DNA of 63,829 bases, the filler included, from Hausera hauseri (taxonomy: Eukaryota), in assembly GCA_046269625.1 (NCBI GenBank). It is 12 parts of 12 records of this genome, joined end to end, with 100 filler letters (N's around TTAATTAATTAA, not from the genome) between each part and the next. Parts side by side here need not be neighbours in the genome. Positions count along the whole stretch, not along the records: positions 59,717 to 63,829 come from JBJURY010752431.1; 11 more parts are not named here. One strand, 5' to 3'. Positions 61,565-63,829 of this stretch are shown here, piece by piece; the stretch's first letter is position 1, and each line of letters opens with the position of its first letter. The translations under genes and the position numbers were made by a program. The notes under the pieces were generated by a model. It saw only the letters and a program-made list of their open reading frames with translations. It was not told the origin of the DNA and searched no databases.

Positions 61565-63829
61565 GTGTCCGCCCCCGTTGCGCTGCATCGCCTTTCTTTT
61601 CTCATCTTTTCTAATCATAAATATATCCACACATTAAGGGTTACGCAAAAACAAACAGCTCATATTCTGTATACTGAATTGTCCTCTTTTTTCGGCTCCT
61701 CCGATTTTTATGTCATGCACAACGGTCTAATTTTGCGACCTTTCGACTCTCTTTCATCCTTTGCACCTGAGAAATATTCCATCACTCTCACTGTCAATTT
61801 TCGCATCCGTGGTGGATCAGACCTTGATCCTTCTACCGAACACTTAACAAAAACTAGATCTGGTCGTCGTCCTGTCGACACCACACCAACAATTTCTCCA
61901 AATCTCCCCTGCACGGATTTCTTTCTATACAAGGCGAACTCTAGTCGTACCTGGCTGCAGTTCCATTTGAAATGGCTTAAAGCCAATCATATTACAGATC
62001 CCTTTCTGCGGGATAACAGTATGCTGCTATTACTCCCAGCCAACATCAAACAGCAGATAAGTAATTTGGCTGACATACTCTCCTCTTCAAGCCCGTATGA
62101 TATGAAGTACGAATCGGTTCTACATGTTACCGACCCTTCCATCGACAGCATAATCCAGAAGTATTTCAACGACCACGCCATTGGAAATCAAAACCATCAA
62201 ATTTCCTTAAAACTGCCATCTCACAACTGAGCTCTTTAGGCGTGACTCCTATAAATAATGCCGATCTTCTCCGTCTGTATTTTTTTCGTATTTGCCAACC
62301 TCCATTCGAGCTTTGCTTACTTTAGTAGATGACTCTACTGCCCTCGAAAATCTCGCCTTACTGGCAGACAAAAGCTTTAATATTCTGCAATCTAATAACT
62401 TGCAGCCAGTAGCCGCAGCAATTGCACACACACTGCCACAAAACACTTTATTTGCACAACAAATGCACATGATTCAGAAACAGTTAGACACTCTCCAACA
62501 AGCAATCTCTGCGATGACAGCCCAACTCAGTGACTTATCCGTGCGTCGAAGAAGCGAAAATCGTATTTTTCGCAATCGCACTTTTGCCAAGCACTCTTCT
62601 CGTTCTAAATCTTGAGATGGTAAAATGACGTGCTTTTATCACAACAAATTCCGCAGAGATGCAAGGAAATGTGTTTTAGGTTGTCGATTTTACGATGCAC
62701 GATATGCCGTAGACAATCCAATCTTCATCTATCACGTAAAGTACCAGTTCAAGGCTAGGTCATGCGTGCCAGGATGTAAACATTATAAAAGAAATTCTAG
62801 TTCTCCATTTTCTTCGCCTCCGCGCACTCACCATTCCTCCTCTTTCTACCAACAAGTATCAAAAAACCAATAATGCCACCAGACGCCACGGCACACTCTG
62901 GTACAGACAATATCATTCAATCTTCTGGCCGTTTAAACACCACCTCTGCAGTCTTTCTGTTGAAAGCTGATTTGTTTTTTGGAGAGACATCACACATAGA
63001 CTTCCTTATTGATTCAGGAGCTGCTTTTTCACTCCTCCATTTGTCTTTCGCTCCTACATCTAACATAGTTTTCTCTCCTCCACTTTTCACTGCCTGTGGT
63101 CAACCTTTGAACATTGTAGGTACCACAAAACTGACCTTCACATTCTCCAACTTACCACGGAAATTTTCCCGGAATTTTCACATAGCCAACATCAGATCGC
63201 CCGATTTCTTGGCTGCATACGATTTGTTAGTCGACTGCAAGCATAAATGCATCCTGCGCAGAAACTTCGTCGCAAATTCTAATAAATGCTTATTAAACGA
63301 CCTGTAGGACACTTTGTCTTCCTCTGCTCATTCAAATGTCAATTTGACATCCTGTTCATTGGTTGACAATAACACATTTAACATTTCATCAATATTTTCA
63401 ATCTCATCAAATTGGAATAAATTAATCCTGAAACAATCGGCTGAACCAAATGTCCTTAATGAAGCATTTATTCAATCTACATCAATTACAGCCACCGACT
63501 CTTTCAATGATATGCTCTCATCATTCTTATCGTTGGGTTCTGACCTTAAATCCTACATTAAAACTTCTTGTTTCCGTACTCTTAAGAAGGACATCAATTT
63601 CAAGCCGCATTCTACAACATATCACCACATAGTCACCAAACACCAAAGACCTATCAGATAAAAGGTAAGGCCACTTTTACCTAGAAGACGAAAAGCTGTT
63701 GAATCAGGGTTCAATACACTCGAAAAGGCGGGCATTATTAAAGATCCAAATTACCATGGGCTTCGCCTTTGCATGTTGTGACGAAGAAAGATGGCACATA
63801 CAGACCATGCGGTGATTATCGGCAATTAA
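61565..63829 (+). mobile_element. Ty3/Gypsy copy 6, subfamily C: UBL-gag-PR-start of RT
   Basis: Gag CA region, two CHCC motifs, A AAA AAC at 62861-62867 with pol in the -1 frame, FLIDSGA, RPCGDYRQL. Confidence 0.95.
61592..61816 (+). CDS. Intact ubiquitin-like domain fused to Gag (copy 6)
   Basis: 75 aa, aligns to ubiquitin: HTLRVTQKQTAHILYTELSSFFG ~ [42 protein letters not shown] ~ QRLIFAGKQLEDGRTLSDY; ITLTVNFRIRGG ~ STLHLVLRLRGG. Confidence 0.88.

Overview
This window is not one locus. It is 12 short contigs (about 4-7 kb each) joined by 11 artificial 100-bp spacers (N44-TTAATTAATTAA-N44), so neighbourhood arguments hold only within a contig. The DNA is AT-rich and metazoan: it has a globin gene with a 40-nt B12.2 intron and fragments of axonemal dynein, collagen galactosyltransferase, UBA1 and alpha-tubulin. 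A flatworm-like invertebrate is my inference. Most of the window is decayed mobile DNA: six copies (three subfamilies) of a CsRn1/Kabuki-like Ty3/Gypsy retrotransposon, two other Gypsy elements, a Penelope-like RT, hAT and Chapaev3-like transposases, and two Polinton/Maverick-type PolB segments. The best candidate for an undescribed system is the six-copy Gypsy family, for three reasons. (1) In every copy where the 5' end survives, Gag is preceded by a ~75-aa ubiquitin-fold domain ending in di-glycine (FRIRGG, PKLYGG, LRIRGG|M, PICGG|M). (2) Its 'LTRs' are only 69-103-nt GC-rich segments, and each is followed by a different sequence, usually a co-oriented host-gene-like 5' end, instead of a shared R-U5/PBS. 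(3) Host coding fragments (UBA1; COLGALT-DNAH1-alpha-tubulin) sit directly upstream of UBL-Gag, in one case in the same reading frame. A second highlight is a Gypsy element with a chuvirus/herpes-gB-like glycoprotein placed upstream of protease-RT, apparently as a gag-env-pol polyprotein. All protein assignments are by motif recognition; no database search was run.
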